This document shows, piece by piece, positions 37,413-47,127 of a stretch of DNA of 64,000 bases; position 1 is the first letter of the stretch; the number at the start of each line of letters is the position of its first letter. The notes under the pieces were generated by a model, which saw nothing but the letters and a program-made list of their open reading frames with translations, was not told the DNA's origin and searched no databases. The stretch spans positions 3,548 to 67,547 of IMG/VR virus record IMGVR_UViG_2634166398_000003; one strand, written 5' to 3'. Source of the DNA: a virus. Taxonomy: Duplodnaviria > Caudoviricetes. A program made the position numbers and the translations under genes.

Positions 37413-38396
37413 TTATCCCTCGAAATAAAAATCCGAATCTTTTAGCGCCTCGACCGTCGCCTTCTTATAGCCGTTTCCTTTTTGCGAAAAGAAGTCGTGC
37501 GATTTCGTCTTCGTATTCAGTCCGTTCATGACGATAGGATTCGGACTTTCCTCTTCGAAATACGGATCGAAGCCGAGATTTTGCAGCGCCTTATTCGCGT
37601 TGTACCGAAGGAATCGCTTTACATCGGGCGTTAAACCGACCGCATCGTATAGATCCTCGGTATATGCGACCTCATTATCGTACAGTTCCGTCAGCAGTTC
37701 GACGGCAAAGTCGCGCATCTCAAGCTGGATGTCCGGCTCTTGCTTTCCGTAGATCTCCTGCGCTAATAAGCCGACGTAAACGCCATGGATCGCCTCATCG
37801 CGAATAATAAGGTTAATGATCTCGCCGCTGCTCGTTAGCTTGCCTTGGCCAGCGAAATATAACGGATAATAAAATCCGGAGTAAAACAGGAAGCTTTCGA
37901 GGTAAACCGAAGCCACGAGCGCCTTATATAGCGAAAGGGCATCGCCCTCTTTTATGTCGCGATATAGACCGGTTATTAGCGCCGCCTTCCGCTGCAAATA
38001 CGGATTCTCCTTAACCCATTCGAATACTTCGTTGATCGTCTCCGTCGGTGCCAGCGTCATGAATATGTTCGAATAGGACTTCGCATGGACAGCGTTCTCC
38101 ATCATCGCCATAAAGTTCAGGACGGCTTTCCGTTGGTGGCCGACGATGTGCTGCGCGATGATCGGCATTCCGGTATTTCCCTGCTCCGTGTCTAATAGCG
38201 TTAGGCCGGCAAGGCCTCGCATGTACGTCGTCTGCTCGGCCGGGCTCAGCGCCTTCCACGAAAGGAGATCGCCATTAAGCGAAATCTCTTCCGGAAGCCA
38301 GAACTGCTTAACGTTTTGGTTGTAAAACATTTGCGTAAAGTCGTCTTCGTGGCGCGACCAATCGGCCGCCGTATGGGTTGCGTTTTCATTTGTCAA
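37413..38396 (-). CDS. nrdF: Class Ib ribonucleotide reductase beta subunit
   Basis: [32 protein letters not shown] and HDFFS motifs; TTG 38396 after GGAGG. Confidence 0.95.
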   Translation of the reverse strand: MTNENATHTAADWSRHEDDFTQMFYNQNVKQFWLPEEISLNGDLLSWKALSPAEQTTYMRGLAGLTLLDTEQGNTGMPIIAQHIVGHQRKAVLNFMAMMENAVHAKSYSNIFMTLAPTETINEVFEWVKENPYLQRKAALITGLYRDIKEGDALSLYKALVASVYLESFLFYSGFYYPLYFAGQGKLTSSGEIINLIIRDEAIHGVYVGLLAQEIYGKQEPDIQLEMRDFAVELLTELYDNEVAYTEDLYDAVGLTPDVKRFLRYNANKALQNLGFDPYFEEESPNPIVMNGLNTKTKSHDFFSQKGNGYKKATVEALKDSDFYFEG

Positions 38397-38438
38397 GTAT
38401 TCGTCCTCCATTTCGCAATTTTTTAAGCTACCGCTCTC

Positions 38439-38466
38439 TTGACATATAGAAGCTATAGTTTATAAT
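38439..38466 (+). promoter_or_regulatory. Consensus SigA promoter of moron
   Basis: TTGACA-16-TATAAT. Confidence 0.7.
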
Positions 38467-38495
38467 TTCAAAGTTAGAGAAGGGAGTATCTGTTT

Positions 38496-38678
38496 ATGAA
38501 AAAAGAGCGCATAATAGCCGTAACTAAAAACCAGGCATTTCCACCATTTTCCCCTGTAATAGTACACACTAGTGGTAAGAATAAGGGAAAGATGGAAGAT
38601 GTATCTATAGATGATTTATCCTTTGCTGAGAAACAGAAGTTTGATAGTTTGGTTAAAAAAATAATAAAGAAATACTAG
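38496..38678 (+). CDS. AT-rich moron, 60 aa basic protein
   Basis: Own promoter, GGGAG SD and terminator AGAGACGA-loop-TCGTCTCT-T run at 38677-38701. Confidence 0.7.
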   Translation: MKKERIIAVTKNQAFPPFSPVIVHTSGKNKGKMEDVSIDDLSFAEKQKFDSLVKKIIKKY

Positions 38679-38706
38679 AGACGAATTATCGTCTCTTTTT
38701 TCTCAG

Positions 38707-40806
38707 CTAAACCGCACAGGACAAACAACCTTCCTGCCCGGTATCCTTTGTCCGCGCATAATACAGCGTTTTAATTCCTTTATGATGCGCGTATAAGTCA
38801 ATCCGGTTCAGATCGCGCGTCGTCACCGTATCCTTCAAGAACAGCGTAAACGAGATTCCTTGATCGACGTGCTGCTGAATCGTTGCGATCATATCGACGA
38901 CCTTAAACATATCCATGTCGTACGCTTCTTTGTAGAAGAACCAATTCTGCGGCGATAATCCCGGCATCGGATAATACGTCTTCGAATTGCCGTACGTACG
39001 CTCCTCGATGCGCTCCATAATCGGCATGACCGATGCCGTTGCCGATTGCACATACGAAATAGATCCGGTCGGCGCAATCGCAAGTCTGTACGAATGGTAG
39101 AGTCCATGGAGCATAACGTTAGCCTCCAAGCGAACCCAATCGACGCGCTTCGGAATTTCAACGCCTTCAAACAGCTTTGCGACCTTCTCCGTTTTAGGAC
39201 GGAAGTCTTCTGCGACGTATTTATCGAAATAGCTTCCGTCTGCATACGTCGATCCCTCGAAGCCTTCGTACGTGCTCCCGGTCTGCTGCGCTAATTCATT
39301 CGAACGCACAAGCGACCAATAATTAATGAGTACGAAGAATACGTTAGCGAAATCGCGCGCTTCTTCCGATTCATAGGCGATGCCATTCTGCGCTAAATAT
39401 CCGTGTAGATTCATCGCGCCAAGCCCAATCGAACGCATCTCGCGGTTAGCTCTTGCGACTGCCGGCGCGTTCTTGATATTCGAAGTTTCCGAGACTCGCG
39501 TTAGGGCATCAACGGACAGCTTGACGATAGATTCGAAGTCTCCGTTTGCCATAACGTTCGCAACGTTGAGTGATCCGAGATTACACGAAATATCGAGGCC
39601 GATTTCGTCCGGCTCGCCGTAGTCGGTGTATTCCGATACTTGCGACGCCTGAAGCACCTCCGAGCACAGATTCGAAAATTTAACCTTCGATACGTGGCCG
39701 TTCGCGTGCTCTGCGTTTACGTTGCCTTCGAACATGATGTACGGATAGCCCGACTCGGAACGCAGCACGGCGAGCTTTTCGAGGAGCTTACGCGCGTCGA
39801 TCTTATCTTTTCGGACGGCCGGATTTTCGACGAGCTGATCGTACATCTCTCCGATATCCATTTCGTCTAAATGTTGGCCATACGCTTTGTAAACGGTGTG
39901 CGGATAGAAAACGTAAGCCGGCCGATTTTCTCGCGCCAGTTCGATGAATTTATCCGGAATAACAACGCCGATGGATAACGTTTTGACTCGGACGTCCTCA
40001 TCCGCCGAGATTTTCTTCGTATCGAGGAAGTCGTGGATGTCCGCATGGAATACGTTAAGGTAAGCCGCGCCCGATCCTTGTCTTTGACCTTGCTGATCTG
40101 CATATCGGAATGCGTTATCGAGGAGCTTCATTACTCCGACGACGCCTTTCGTTACATTCTCGATGCCCTTAATCGATTCACCTTTCGCGCGAATCTTCGA
40201 TAGATTCAACGATACGCCTCCGCCTACTTTCGATAGCTGCATCGAGATCCCGACGGCCCTTTCGATGTCATTCAGCGAGTCTCCCACTTCGAGCAGGAAA
40301 CACGAAACTAATTCGCCCCGACGCTTCCGGCCCGCATTCAAGAACGTCGGCGTTGACGGTTGATATTCCTGACGCATCATAAGATTTACGTACTCGATCG
40401 CCTTGGTTGCGTCTCCTCCCGCGAAGAACAACGCACAGCAAGCGACCCTGTCTTCGTAGCGTTCGAGGATTTTTTTCTGATCGTTCGTCTTCAGCGCATA
40501 GTCGTTGTAGAATTTGAACGCGCTCATGAACGAAGGGAATCGGAATTTGTGCGCATAGGCCGCCTGATAAACCGCCTTGATTTCATCGAAAGTATAGGCG
40601 TCGAGGAATTCGGTTTCGTAGTAATCGTTCTCGCGCAAATAGTCGAGCTTCTCGCCCAAGTCGTGGAAAAATACGGTGTTTTGATTTACGTAGTCAATAA
40701 AATAAGCGCGGACGGCTTCGATATCCTTTTCGAACTGGAACCGGCCGTCCTTCTGTAGCATAATTTCGTTATTAAGTTCGATGTAGCTTGCGTGTTTATT
40801 CGTCAA
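38707..40806 (-). CDS. nrdE: Class Ib ribonucleotide reductase alpha subunit
   Basis: PSTPTFLN, LVSCFL, SNLCSE, SCNLGS, APTGSIS, TLYY and C-terminal CLSC motifs. Confidence 0.96.
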   Translation of the reverse strand: MTNKHASYIELNNEIMLQKDGRFQFEKDIEAVRAYFIDYVNQNTVFFHDLGEKLDYLRENDYYETEFLDAYTFDEIKAVYQAAYAHKFRFPSFMSAFKFYNDYALKTNDQKKILERYEDRVACCALFFAGGDATKAIEYVNLMMRQEYQPSTPTFLNAGRKRRGELVSCFLLEVGDSLNDIERAVGISMQLSKVGGGVSLNLSKIRAKGESIKGIENVTKGVVGVMKLLDNAFRYADQQGQRQGSGAAYLNVFHADIHDFLDTKKISADEDVRVKTLSIGVVIPDKFIELARENRPAYVFYPHTVYKAYGQHLDEMDIGEMYDQLVENPAVRKDKIDARKLLEKLAVLRSESGYPYIMFEGNVNAEHANGHVSKVKFSNLCSEVLQASQVSEYTDYGEPDEIGLDISCNLGSLNVANVMANGDFESIVKLSVDALTRVSETSNIKNAPAVARANREMRSIGLGAMNLHGYLAQNGIAYESEEARDFANVFFVLINYWSLVRSNELAQQTGSTYEGFEGSTYADGSYFDKYVAEDFRPKTEKVAKLFEGVEIPKRVDWVRLEANVMLHGLYHSYRLAIAPTGSISYVQSATASVMPIMERIEERTYGNSKTYYPMPGLSPQNWFFYKEAYDMDMFKVVDMIATIQQHVDQGISFTLFLKDTVTTRDLNRIDLYAHHKGIKTLYYARTKDTGQEGCLSCAV

Positions 40807-41152
40807 GCGCGTTCACCCTTTCGAGAAATTGTCGTACATCTGCGTCTGTGCCCGATAATTCAAAGCGCCCGACTATCGGCACGCCGTATTGCGCCGCAAT
40901 CACATCGGCCGCCTTTGCGTAATTATCGCCCCAGTTACGATTGCCTGACGCAACTACGGCCGCAAGATAGTCGCTGTTATCCGCAAGGAAATCGGAAACC
41001 GTGCCGGCAACCTGACCGAAGCCATACGTACCGGTCACGCATACGAACGGCTCGGAGAGCATCAGCCCCGGCTTAATTTCGACGGCTGCCAGACCGGTCT
41101 TAGCGACGAATCGGCGGACGTTGCCGGTCAGCGAGTAGTAAGCGATTAGCAT
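40796..41152 (-). CDS. nrdI: Flavodoxin-like RNR stimulatory protein
   Basis: YYSLTGNVRRF, TYGFG, SGNRNWG and FELSG motifs. Confidence 0.93.
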   Translation of the reverse strand: MLIAYYSLTGNVRRFVAKTGLAAVEIKPGLMLSEPFVCVTGTYGFGQVAGTVSDFLADNSDYLAAVVASGNRNWGDNYAKAADVIAAQYGVPIVGRFELSGTDADVRQFLERVNALDE

Positions 41153-41340
41153 TCGGAATCCTCTTCGTCTTCTAACGAATCAAGTTCGTCTTCAATATCT
41201 GCGATTTGATCTTCGATATCGTCAATATCGTTCTGAACGTCCTGCATCTCCTCGCGTAAGTCTTCAAGATCACTCTCCTTCGACCGTAGTTCGAATTCCA
41301 ACGCCGATAATGCATTTTCTAGTTCTTCACGTTTATGCAT
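41146..41340 (-). CDS. Extremely acidic 64 aa coiled-coil protein
   Basis: D/E-dominated heptads (DIDDIEDQIADIEDELDSLEDEEDSE). Confidence 0.65.
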   Translation of the reverse strand: MHKREELENALSALEFELRSKESDLEDLREEMQDVQNDIDDIEDQIADIEDELDSLEDEEDSEC

Positions 41341-41345
41341 CCGAT

Positions 41346-41531
41346 CTACCCCTTCCGTCTCTCGATTTCCGCCTCAACTTCGTCCAAACGCGCCTGTGTC
41401 CGTTCACGTTCGATGCGCTCTTCGATCAGTTTCCGGTCGTGGAAGTTGATGGCGGTATCACTTTCGATCAGTTTTTCGTTAAGCCAGCGTTTCATATTCC
41501 GCAAACCTTCGTCAGTCGCTCCGTAAATCAT
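41346..41531 (-). CDS. Hypothetical coiled-coil protein
   Basis: Coupled ORF in the operon. Confidence 0.55.
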   Translation of the reverse strand: MIYGATDEGLRNMKRWLNEKLIESDTAINFHDRKLIEERIERERTQARLDEVEAEIERRKG

Positions 41532-41767
41532 TCGGCCGCCCTCGCTTTCTCGCGTTTATGTGCGCGGTATGGTTCAACGATCAGCCATAAGATAAAACGG
41601 ATGATTCCGTAAAGTCCGACGAGAAGCCGTCCGAAAACGGCAATTACTATAGCTAACGTCCTTACTACCGGAAACCCCGCGGACCAAATCATTAAGCTAA
41701 TGGGCACCAAATACGCCACACCTGAACATATCCACGAAAGTGTTTCGAGTAGCCTCCGCTTAAACAT
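41528..41767 (-). CDS. Small membrane protein
   Basis: Two hydrophobic segments; SD AAGGAG. Confidence 0.6.
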   Translation of the reverse strand: MFKRRLLETLSWICSGVAYLVPISLMIWSAGFPVVRTLAIVIAVFGRLLVGLYGIIRFILWLIVEPYRAHKREKARAAE

Positions 41768-41771
41768 CCGA

Positions 41772-42137
41772 TCACTTCTCCTTTACCGTCATTATGTTTT
41801 CATAGCTCGACATAAACGGAATCCGGAAGCCCACCGTCTTGAATTCGTACGTCTTACCGACTTCAATCTCCGCGTACAGATCACTGGAATTAAACTTCCG
41901 CGCAAATATTGCGTCTGTGTTTTCGAACACTTTTGCGTTACCTTTCTCGTCATCTCCGAAAATCAAATACTTCGAGGAATCGGCAGACGTTTTCGTTTCT
42001 TTATCCGTAACCTTTATTACGTAAGTGTTTTCGTTATGGTAAGACGCAATCGTATATCCCGGCAGCGCTACCACGAAAACAAACACAGCCAGCGCAATCA
42101 TTGCGATCGTTCCCCATTTAATTAAGCGCTCCATCAA
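41772..42137 (-). CDS. Membrane-anchored protein (DUF1523-like)
   Basis: N-terminal TM; VTDKE, FENTD, KFNSSD and GFRIPFMS motifs. Confidence 0.7.
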   Translation of the reverse strand: MMERLIKWGTIAMIALAVFVFVVALPGYTIASYHNENTYVIKVTDKETKTSADSSKYLIFGDDEKGNAKVFENTDAIFARKFNSSDLYAEIEVGKTYEFKTVGFRIPFMSSYENIMTVKEK

Positions 42138-42385
42138 TCCGCCTCCTTTACGTTCTCAATCGCCTTCTGTGCGGCTAGACCGTTGAGTACGTGCGTAAAT
42201 TCCAGCGCGTTCTTTTGATCGCCTGTAAATTCGTTGAACAGCAAAAGAAGCGCCATGTTTGCGGCAGTAAAGAATTCCGTCAAATCTACGTTTTCCAATT
42301 CCGTAAGATAGTGCTCGGAATCTTCGTTAAAGACATCGGAAATCGCACTGAGAATTCCTTGCGTGTATTGTTCGTATTTACCCAT
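42134..42385 (-). CDS. Hypothetical protein
   Basis: SD GGAGG; coupled ORF. Confidence 0.6.
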   Translation of the reverse strand: MGKYEQYTQGILSAISDVFNEDSEHYLTELENVDLTEFFTAANMALLLLFNEFTGDQKNALEFTHVLNGLAAQKAIENVKEAD

Positions 42386-42583
42386 TTATTCGTCCTCCCC
42401 GATAGTCGCGTTATCATCAATTCGATAGACGGTTTTAGTGACGTAAAAGATCGAATACCCTTCGTGTCTAAGCGAGTTAACAAGGCTTTCTGCATCGACT
42501 TCGGAGCCGCAACGAAGAGCTTTAGCGTCCTCATAACTAAACCCCTCCGTTTTACCAGCGATTAAAAAATATCCTTGACTCAT
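42386..42583 (-). CDS. Hypothetical protein
   Basis: Coupled ORF. Confidence 0.55.
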   Translation of the reverse strand: MSQGYFLIAGKTEGFSYEDAKALRCGSEVDAESLVNSLRHEGYSIFYVTKTVYRIDDNATIGEDE

Positions 42584-43117
42584 CTACTCCGCCTCCCCCG
42601 GTTTTATAACCTTCTCGCGAACAAGATACGAAAGCCCAATCGCAACCGCATCCGATTCGTCATCTGTCCGAAATGTAAAGTCGGCCGGGAGCGAAAGCAT
42701 CCGCCGCACTCCCGCCTCTACTTCGTCTTTTAATGCGCTGCCTTTTCCGGTTACGTCCTTTTTAACCGTTGTCGGCGTGATCTCCACATCCGCCTTGTAT
42801 CCGTATTTGCCGAGCGCTAAGTCGATGACCGCCCACGCACCAAACACCGTCTGTGTCGATCGCCTATTGCGCCCTTTCGTGTAATGCTCCCGGACAACAA
42901 CGTCGAACGGTCCGTGTTCGTGCAGGACCATCGTTGCCGCTGCCTCGATATAGGAATACCGGTGGCTGTCCGGCGACTGGCTCGTCGTGCTGACAGACGT
43001 TACGTGTACGAGATTCACGCGCGGACCTGACTTCAGCCGTTTGACTTCGAGGACCGCGAAGCCGGGATTAGTCGATATGTCTAACGCTAGAATGCGGATA
43101 GGCTTGGCGCTAGTCAT
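42584..43117 (-). CDS. RuvC-like Holliday junction resolvase
   Basis: ILALDIS, VVREH, TTVKKDVTGKG and DDESDAVAI motifs. Confidence 0.88.
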   Translation of the reverse strand: MTSAKPIRILALDISTNPGFAVLEVKRLKSGPRVNLVHVTSVSTTSQSPDSHRYSYIEAAATMVLHEHGPFDVVVREHYTKGRNRRSTQTVFGAWAVIDLALGKYGYKADVEITPTTVKKDVTGKGSALKDEVEAGVRRMLSLPADFTFRTDDESDAVAIGLSYLVREKVIKPGEAE

Positions 43118-43271
43118 CTAATACCGCCTTCCACCCTGCGATGAGCCCTATAATAAGGGAGATAGGAACCGATAGTGTAGCGCTTACCTCCGGATTAATT
43201 AGCGATATCAAAAAGGTAACGAGAGTCGATAACAATACCGCAATTAACGTGTAAAGAATAAACCTCGCCAT
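43110..43271 (-). CDS. 53 aa membrane protein (not in track)
   Basis: GGAGG then MARFILYTLIAVLLSTLVTFLISLINPEVSATLSVPISLIIGLIAGWKAVLDD. Confidence 0.55.
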   Translation of the reverse strand: MARFILYTLIAVLLSTLVTFLISLINPEVSATLSVPISLIIGLIAGWKAVLDD

Positions 43272-44329
43272 CAAACCGCCTCCCCTTTGCGTACTTTTTC
43301 GATAAACTCTAGCGCCCCGGCGTACTGCCTTTTCGTAGAATCAAAGACGTTCGACCGTTTGACTCGCGAAACCTTATCGCGGATGGCTTCCAGCTCGGCC
43401 GCCGTAAGCGATTGCGCAATAGCCGTTTTGTATCCGTTGAATGTCCAGCCGTTAAGGTCGACCGCCATCGGCTTTCCGTCGTCAATCGAATTCTGAATTT
43501 CTACGAATCTATCGAGCAGCACATCGATGTCTTCGCGTCCGATTTCGAGGCCAAACGCCCGAATGTCCGGCGACTTTTCGAATTCTCCCTCCTCGTACTC
43601 CCACGCCTTCTTCGATGCGTTTACGTAGAGGATTACGTATAAGTCGACACCGTACATCTCCGCATAAGCGACGCACTGCTTAACGTGCTTTTCATCCGGC
43701 TTCTTCAGCGAATAGAAAGACGTACGGGCCGCGCTCGTTTGCTTCGATTTGATTTCGAGGCCCACGCGCAATACTTCGCCATCTTCGGTGACATAACGCA
43801 TGATGCCGTCGCATGTTCCGAAGAGGTGAAACGTCTTGCCGCCGCGCTCGATCTTGTGGTTCAGCTTGGCGAAGTCCTCGAACATCGGCGTGCCGTCCGG
43901 ATTACGTTCGAAGCTGAACGGGCAGGGGCGGCCGACTTTCTTTTCGAAGTGTTTTTCCATAAAGAGCAAGTCGCGCTGTATCATATCGCCGATAGCCGTT
44001 CCGATGCGCGTCCAACGTCCTTGATACGGAGGCTTTCGTGTTACGTCTTTCGGTGATCCTACCGCCTTATGATAGAGCTCACGTGGACAGGCGTTTGCAG
44101 ATGACGGTGAAAAGTACGGCTTCTTCGGAAATATCTTCGGAGCGTCTGCGTACCATCGGTGTATCTGCGCGTCCAAGGCGTTATCCCACGTTTCAGGAAG
44201 CGAGTGCCATTCGTTTAGATATTCGATGAGTTCATCCGCAATCTGCTGCGCATATGTGGTCGGCTCGGGTGCCGGCGCTAATTGGGCGCGCAGTGAGTTT
44301 GCGGCTGATCGTGCGTTGGCGTTCGTCAA
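43271..44329 (-). CDS. PD-(D/E)XK exonuclease-like protein (Cas4/RecB-like fold)
   Basis: FSPSSANACPRELY, GTCDG, LEIKS and QxxxY motifs. Confidence 0.75.
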   Translation of the reverse strand: MTNANARSAANSLRAQLAPAPEPTTYAQQIADELIEYLNEWHSLPETWDNALDAQIHRWYADAPKIFPKKPYFSPSSANACPRELYHKAVGSPKDVTRKPPYQGRWTRIGTAIGDMIQRDLLFMEKHFEKKVGRPCPFSFERNPDGTPMFEDFAKLNHKIERGGKTFHLFGTCDGIMRYVTEDGEVLRVGLEIKSKQTSAARTSFYSLKKPDEKHVKQCVAYAEMYGVDLYVILYVNASKKAWEYEEGEFEKSPDIRAFGLEIGREDIDVLLDRFVEIQNSIDDGKPMAVDLNGWTFNGYKTAIAQSLTAAELEAIRDKVSRVKRSNVFDSTKRQYAGALEFIEKVRKGEAV

Positions 44330-44466
44330 TTAATCGTCCTCCCTTTTATAACCATCTAACAACGCGAGCAGAACTCCCGGTGAAATACTTGCGTAATTCA
44401 TAAGATCACAGCACCGGTTAGCGTATCGCCTCAATTCCGATATTTCTTCGTCTGTGAGTTTCTTGG

Positions 44467-46755
44467 TCACATCTCCGCCTCCTTGTTTTTAAACCATTCT
44501 CCAACGGGCACACCTTCGCCCCATTTGCGCATTACTTCGATATCCGTTCCGTTCGGCACAACGTCGCCCCAACGATATGAATTAAGCATGATATCGCGAA
44601 TTTCTTGCGCTTCTTCCCACGTAAAATCCTCCGGAACTTCGAAAATGAGTTCGTCATGCACCGTTGACCATAGAGCCCAACCCGGCTTTTTAGCGCAATA
44701 TTCGTGTGCTTTAATCATCGTGACTTTCGTTTGAATAGACGACGATCCCTGTACGCGAGCATTAGTCGCTTGACGCAAAGCGCGATTGATCCGCGAGTTA
44801 TGTTTCCTGGCGGCATCGTATTTCGGATCATTCCATTTCCCATACGGAATGTTTTTGCGCGGTAGTTTAGCGTCTGGCAGCCGCCGTTTTCGCGCTTTTA
44901 AATCCGCCCATACGTATCCGTTCTTACGCACAAATTCTTCGTTCTCTTTCAGCCACGCCGATAAATCCGGCATACTTCCGAATAATTCTTCCTTAAATTC
45001 GGTAGCTTCTTTCTTACTGACGCCAAGCATGTCTGCGAGTGAATAATCGCTCATACCGTACAATGTCGCAAGCCAAGCAACTTTCATTCGCTTACGCTCT
45101 TTCGTATCAGACCCGTCAGGGTTTTTGTAAACTTCCTCATACGGACGCTTGTAAAAGTTCGATGCCATCGTTGCGTAGGGATCTCGCTCTTCTAAAAAAG
45201 CGTTTATCAGTACCGGCTCACCCGATAAATACGCCACACATCGTATTTCCTGCGCTTTAAAGTCGGCGCCTACTAGCAACTTTCCGGGAGGAGGACCAAA
45301 CATCGGACGCGCTTCCGGAGGCTGGTTCTGAACGTTAAAACCTTGCTGTGTTTTGTCTTCCTCGTCCTTGCCGGAACTGAATCGCCCCGTTACGGTTCCC
45401 ATCGGATTGAATCGCGAATGCCAACGCTCAGTTGTCGGATTCTGCTTCGTCGGTAACGTATCGATGTATGTGCCACTTAGCTTAACGATATTTTTATACT
45501 CGAGAAGTTTAGCGATGATCTCGTGGTCGTCTTTCAACGGCTTCAGCGTTTTCTTCGCATCCATGTTCGGGAGATCCTTGCCGATTGCCTTCGAAAGTGC
45601 GGGGCGCATCTGCTGGGTCGAGTTTAGATTTATCGGTTCGTCTCCTTCATGAAACGGCGCCAACTCTGCGACCAATTCCTTGCGCAACTCTTCTGCGCGC
45701 TTATGAAGCTTTTCTCCGTATTCTTTAGCGAAATCCAGGTCGAGAATGTAACCGTTAGCTTCTAAGTCAACGATTACGTACAGTAACGGAACTTCCACGG
45801 TTTGGTAATATTCCAAAATCGTCGGCATTTTCTCCATGTGATAACGTTGAAATTCGTATAACTTCCAAGTTAATTCCGTATCCTTCGCTGCGTAAACTAG
45901 CGCAATATCTAACGGAACTTCTTTAAACTGCGCATTTCTACCGAACAAGGCATCGAAAGTGTCTGCAGGTGTTTTTAAATATTTCGGCGCCAGGTCTTTT
46001 AATTTAAACGAGCCTGCTCCGCCTAACGTACGATCGCCTTCGTTTTCATTAAGTAAATGCATCGCGGTCATCGTATCCCAAACGACGCCTTTAAGGTCGA
46101 ATCCATGCCGACGAAGCATCGCAATATCGAATATTGCGTTGTGCAGAACCTTTCCGACCGACTCATCGTTAAATACAGGCGCCAGGCCTTCGAGTACATA
46201 TTCGCGACTTAGCTGCTCGCAATCAACGTGATCTACCGGTATATAAACGTGCCTGTCAGCGATCGGCAACGTTAGCGAAAGCCCGACGATAACATCCGTA
46301 TATACATCTACGCCTGTCGTTTCGGTATCAACCGCGATGATTTCTTCGTTACTTAACGCTTCAATTAGCGATTGGAACCGATCTTCAGTCGCAATTAACT
46401 CGTAATTACCGGGCGTGTTCTCGACCTTCTGCTGCAAGGTTTCGCCACGCTGCGCCTCTTGTAGCGTCTTCCATAACCGAAGCGCCTCCGCCTTGCTGAA
46501 CGCTTTAGGATTGCCGGCCTTGTTAACGCAGTCAGCCGGATCGCGCGCTAACTTGCCCGCATCCATGGCCGCCTTGACTTCGGTAAGCCGTTTGCGGTCG
46601 GCATCCGATAGCTTCATCGCGAATATCTTGCGCCAACTTTCCTCGATCGGCTCGGCGGTTTTGGCTTTTGCCTTCCGCTTAGCCGTCGCCTCTACTGCGT
46701 CTGATTTCGGTGCCGCCGGCTTCAGCGCGTTCATGTTTAACCGTAAGCCTTCCAT
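44467..46755 (-). CDS. Family A DNA polymerase with 3'-5' exonuclease
   Basis: AVDTETTG, HNAIFD, TGRFSS, ADFKAQEIR, RKRMKVAWLATLYG and TVHDE motifs. Confidence 0.95.
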   Translation of the reverse strand: MEGLRLNMNALKPAAPKSDAVEATAKRKAKAKTAEPIEESWRKIFAMKLSDADRKRLTEVKAAMDAGKLARDPADCVNKAGNPKAFSKAEALRLWKTLQEAQRGETLQQKVENTPGNYELIATEDRFQSLIEALSNEEIIAVDTETTGVDVYTDVIVGLSLTLPIADRHVYIPVDHVDCEQLSREYVLEGLAPVFNDESVGKVLHNAIFDIAMLRRHGFDLKGVVWDTMTAMHLLNENEGDRTLGGAGSFKLKDLAPKYLKTPADTFDALFGRNAQFKEVPLDIALVYAAKDTELTWKLYEFQRYHMEKMPTILEYYQTVEVPLLYVIVDLEANGYILDLDFAKEYGEKLHKRAEELRKELVAELAPFHEGDEPINLNSTQQMRPALSKAIGKDLPNMDAKKTLKPLKDDHEIIAKLLEYKNIVKLSGTYIDTLPTKQNPTTERWHSRFNPMGTVTGRFSSGKDEEDKTQQGFNVQNQPPEARPMFGPPPGKLLVGADFKAQEIRCVAYLSGEPVLINAFLEERDPYATMASNFYKRPYEEVYKNPDGSDTKERKRMKVAWLATLYGMSDYSLADMLGVSKKEATEFKEELFGSMPDLSAWLKENEEFVRKNGYVWADLKARKRRLPDAKLPRKNIPYGKWNDPKYDAARKHNSRINRALRQATNARVQGSSSIQTKVTMIKAHEYCAKKPGWALWSTVHDELIFEVPEDFTWEEAQEIRDIMLNSYRWGDVVPNGTDIEVMRKWGEGVPVGEWFKNKEAEM

Positions 46756-46789
46756 TCGTCGTCCTCCTTCCCCGCGAAGTAATTGCGTG

Positions 46790-46954
46790 TTACTTTTCGA
46801 TTGTATCTGCTACGGTCATAATACCGAACGCAATGACAGCGATAGCCGCGATAAGAAACATTGCTAAGGGCGATTCATCTGCGCCAAGACCCGCTGAGAA
46901 TGCGATTGATATCCCGAGCGCATAAGATAGCGCGCGTTCTTTTTTCCGAGTCAT
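46790..46954 (-). CDS. Small membrane protein
   Basis: ATG 46954 after GGAGG; two hydrophobic segments. Confidence 0.55.
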   Translation of the reverse strand: MTRKKERALSYALGISIAFSAGLGADESPLAMFLIAAIAVIAFGIMTVADTIEK

Positions 46955-47127
46955 AAATCGACCGCCTCCGTCCATTTCCGTTTATACTCCGCTTCATTAT
47001 CCGCATACCATTCCGACCAGCAAGACGGCCCGCACGCATAAACCTCGAAGAACGAATCGTAAATTGCGGATCGCCCTTCGTATAGGTTAGCGTTGCAATT
47101 GGCGCAGACGGCGGCTTTAGCGGTCAA
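46951..47127 (-). CDS. 58 aa Cys-motif protein (not in track)
   Basis: MTAKAAVCANC...ACGPSCWSEW; fills the gap with overlapping start and stop. Confidence 0.5.
   Translation of the reverse strand: MTAKAAVCANCNANLYEGRSAIYDSFFEVYACGPSCWSEWYADNEAEYKRKWTEAVDL

Noticed and set aside
37413-40806. Group I introns or inteins in nrdE/nrdF as in SPbeta
   Set aside because: Both ORFs are continuous and of normal length; the insertion here is intergenic
32921-46755. Hypermodified-base synthesis pathway (ThyX, dUTPase, kinase, PolA)
   Set aside because: Standard dNTP-supply genes; no dCMP deaminase, hydroxymethylase, PurZ or queuosine-pathway genes seen. PolA has Leu at the 762-equivalent position, common in temperate phages
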